From: a virus
DNA length: 64,000 nt
IMG/VR virus record: IMGVR_UViG_3300043449_002688
Span: 90,802-154,801 of that record
Reading direction: 5' to 3' (one strand)
Part shown: piece after piece, positions 61,497 through 64,000 of the stretch
Layout: every line of letters begins with the position of its first letter
How positions within the stretch are numbered: the stretch's first letter is position 1
The notes under the pieces: generated by a model
What the model saw: the letters and a program-made list of their open reading frames with translations, nothing else
Databases searched by the model: none
What the model was told of the DNA's origin: nothing
Position numbers and translations under genes: made by a program

Positions 61497-62552
61497 TTAC
61501 TTCTGCTTATTGACAACTTTAATATTATCTTTAAGCTTCTCCTCGGAAGTTTTTTGAGAATTTGATTTAATTTTATCTAAATCTTCATCTCTTTTTCTGC
61601 CTGTATCAGGCACAAAATTTCTATCTCTCATAGGCTCTTTTGTTTTTTCATCAATTCTTTTTTTATACCAACTTTGAAAATTAGTTGAAAAATTAAATTC
61701 TGTAGAATCTTGATTCTTTTTTACGCTAGCTGGCATTCTACCTGATTGAATGTTAAATGGGCTATTTTTGCTATATTTTTTATATTTAATTACATAAGGT
61801 TCATTATGTAATTTATTTTCAGGGATATCGCTGGGGTAAAGATTATGCCCATATAACCATGCGTATGCAGCCCTATGATAATCTCCTTTTTGCCGCCTAA
61901 CAATATGGTCAGCTAAATGTCTTGCCAAATCTAATTCCATTTGAGGCTTTTCTTTTAAAAAAGATTCTGCCTGATCTCTATTCATGGCTTTTAGTTTTTC
62001 ATATTCTGGTGTAATTTTTCCAGCAATTTTCATTCTATTGACAACTTCATCAATAGTATTTTTCATTAATCCCCATTTTCCTATTGCAATTTGACCTTTG
62101 TTTGCCCCACCGCCTGGAGCAGGCTTATGTTTAACATTTTTTCCGCCTGAACTTTCGATTTGCATGGTCGTCCATAAAAAAGAATCCATAGGATGAGACC
62201 CAAAATCTGTAGAAGCAGTTTTAGTTTCTACTTTAGGCGTAGGAATTGATGGAGTATATTCAGGTTTGTTAATTTGAGTTAAAGTTGGACTTAGCATGGT
62301 AGCTAAAGAAAATCCTACTGCTGCAGCTTTTTCTTTAAGTCCTTTTTCTAGGTCATTAAACTCTACCCAAGAATGAGAATGTCCTGTAGAAAGATATTTA
62401 GAAATTTTAATAGCTGCATCTTTTAAGTTTTTAGATCTTAAAGCAATTCTTTCTGTTCTAGGAAACATTGCAAATAAAGGAGCTAAATCCTCATAAGAGT
62501 TGATTTTAAATTGTTTCCTATTAAAATTATGCGTTTCAATATACAAAAACAT
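61497..62552 (-). CDS. lytic transglycosylase (SLT-like) domain protein
   Basis: QIESSGG catalytic Glu motif, AIGKWGLM, AAYAW..G. Confidence 0.75.
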   Translation of the reverse strand: MFLYIETHNFNRKQFKINSYEDLAPLFAMFPRTERIALRSKNLKDAAIKISKYLSTGHSHSWVEFNDLEKGLKEKAAAVGFSLATMLSPTLTQINKPEYTPSIPTPKVETKTASTDFGSHPMDSFLWTTMQIESSGGKNVKHKPAPGGGANKGQIAIGKWGLMKNTIDEVVNRMKIAGKITPEYEKLKAMNRDQAESFLKEKPQMELDLARHLADHIVRRQKGDYHRAAYAWLYGHNLYPSDIPENKLHNEPYVIKYKKYSKNSPFNIQSGRMPASVKKNQDSTEFNFSTNFQSWYKKRIDEKTKEPMRDRNFVPDTGRKRDEDLDKIKSNSQKTSEEKLKDNIKVVNKQK

Positions 62553-63853
62553 TATCCCGCCTTTCTAGTAGCTTTTCCCATTAATTTTTCTAATTTTTTG
62601 CCTATAAGCTTATGAACAGTGTGATCACCTTGCGATTCATCAATAGTATCAACAATTGATTTTATATGATTTAGCTTATATGCTTTTTTATTTTTATTGT
62701 ATTCTTTTGGCTTAACCAAATGATCAAATATCATGTTGTTAATAGAAGTTAATCCTGGATGGTCCCAATTTGGGTTTGACATTCCGGCTTTATAAACATC
62801 TGCCATTTCTTTTGGAGACATTTTATCTATTAATCCATCAAAAAGATTTGTTAAATATTTTTTTTCTCTAGGAGAGAGCATAGCTTTTCGATTGGCTACA
62901 TCAAAAACAGCAGAAACCGCATCTCTTGGGTTTTTAGGTAATGATGAAAAAATTTCTTTATTAATTGGCTGTTTAAATTGTTTTATTAAAGCAGGATTAA
63001 AATGTTCATGAGCAAATTCGTCGTTATAAAGATAGTTTTTATCGATAAAATTTGCCCATTCATCCATTCTTTCCCATCTAGATATAAAATTATTATAAAC
63101 GTGTTTTCGTATTGCCGGATCTTTAATATGAGATACTTGATTAGCTAATTGTTTTTGAATTTTCATTCCGTTTTTTTTCCACCAATCAACTAAAGGCTTA
63201 TGTGAAGATATTTGATTTTGGCTAATATTAGAAAGAGCATTAAGCCCATGCGATTTTAAATAGCCAAAAGGAGTTTCCGGTTCATCATAGTCCACATCTT
63301 CCAAAGAATCTTTGTACGCAAAACTTCTTTCATGATCAATTGCCAAAGGTACGGTATTGCCTTTTTCTTTATAAATTAGAAGGTTGCCTAAATGCCGATC
63401 TAAATTATTTGTCAAATAATCCATAACTCCAATTTGATGAATATGTAAAGGATTAATATTATGTTCACCTATTTCATATTGTCTTTCAAATATAGGGTCA
63501 GCATTGTTTTTAAATTTATGAACAGTAAAAGGATGATTTTCATGCTCATGGACAGAGACATCTTCACAAAGATGACCGATACCGGCAGCATTAAAAAGAC
63601 TTTTAGTTGCGATTGTTGCCCAACCATGCAAAGGAAAGTCTGTCATGTCTGTTTCGTCATTAACTGGATGATATGGTTTTGCCATATAAGTTTCTGGACT
63701 AGAGAGTTTTTTAGTTTTTTTATTTGAAAGATATTGTACTGTATGCGTATGTACCAATTTAGGGCTAATGCCTTCATCAAAATATTTTGAATTTTGTTTT
63801 TCTGGGTGCTTAATAAAATTAACGTAATTAGCATGCGCAGGAAAATCTTTCAT
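62552..63853 (-). CDS. PI3/PI4-kinase / HipA-like kinase domain protein
   Basis: YMAKP, DYLTNNLDRHLGNLL (catalytic DRHxxN), LAIDHERSF. Confidence 0.8.
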   Translation of the reverse strand: MKDFPAHANYVNFIKHPEKQNSKYFDEGISPKLVHTHTVQYLSNKKTKKLSSPETYMAKPYHPVNDETDMTDFPLHGWATIATKSLFNAAGIGHLCEDVSVHEHENHPFTVHKFKNNADPIFERQYEIGEHNINPLHIHQIGVMDYLTNNLDRHLGNLLIYKEKGNTVPLAIDHERSFAYKDSLEDVDYDEPETPFGYLKSHGLNALSNISQNQISSHKPLVDWWKKNGMKIQKQLANQVSHIKDPAIRKHVYNNFISRWERMDEWANFIDKNYLYNDEFAHEHFNPALIKQFKQPINKEIFSSLPKNPRDAVSAVFDVANRKAMLSPREKKYLTNLFDGLIDKMSPKEMADVYKAGMSNPNWDHPGLTSINNMIFDHLVKPKEYNKNKKAYKLNHIKSIVDTIDESQGDHTVHKLIGKKLEKLMGKATRKAG

Positions 63854-64000
63854 ATGTTGTTTATGGTCAACAATGTTCTTTCCTTCAGGATGAGTGTTTT
63901 GTTTTATTGATTCGTTAAAATCTTCATCATCAAAAGCTTTTTTTAGATCAAATGCAGAAAGATAATATAGTGTTTCGCATAAATTTTTAGCGGATTAAGG

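Noticed and set aside
1-64000. Alternative genetic code (stop-codon reassignment)
   Set aside because: Long ORFs tile densely in code 11, and recognised genes end at expected positions with TAG (thyA), TGA and TAA.

Overview
AT-rich segment of a large contractile-tailed (myovirus/jumbo-type) phage genome in standard genetic code. The minus strand carries a late structural module: baseplate wedge/J-like proteins, spike, hub, tape measure, chaperones, tube, sheath, neck proteins, a 14-repeat beta-propeller fibre and holin-like genes. Eleven late units are preceded by a conserved CCTAATCTT motif, the likely late promoter. The module is interrupted by three accessory islands with sigma70-type promoters (small early genes, DUF932, PIN-like, 5'-3' exonuclease, thyA, IMPDH/GMPR, DUF2827, one tRNA-CAU). 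Four things stand out. (1) A ~20 kb cluster (43.3-64 kb) of multi-domain proteins interleaved with neck genes, whose enzyme domains (Nudix, two ART-like, GNAT, 2H phosphoesterase, degenerate mCpol, SAM-lyase/DUF3293-like, zincins, transglycosylase, PI3K/HipA-like kinase) are delimited by a recurring [LM]-x-K-[SAG] motif; this looks like a protease-processed, head-packaged effector arsenal. (2) A CsrB/RsmZ-like GGA-hairpin RNA. (3) Three tRNA-mimic ncRNAs without a normal anticodon arm. (4) Modular early-gene cassettes joined by repeated junction and promoter sequences. All family calls come from motif recognition by eye; no database searches were run.
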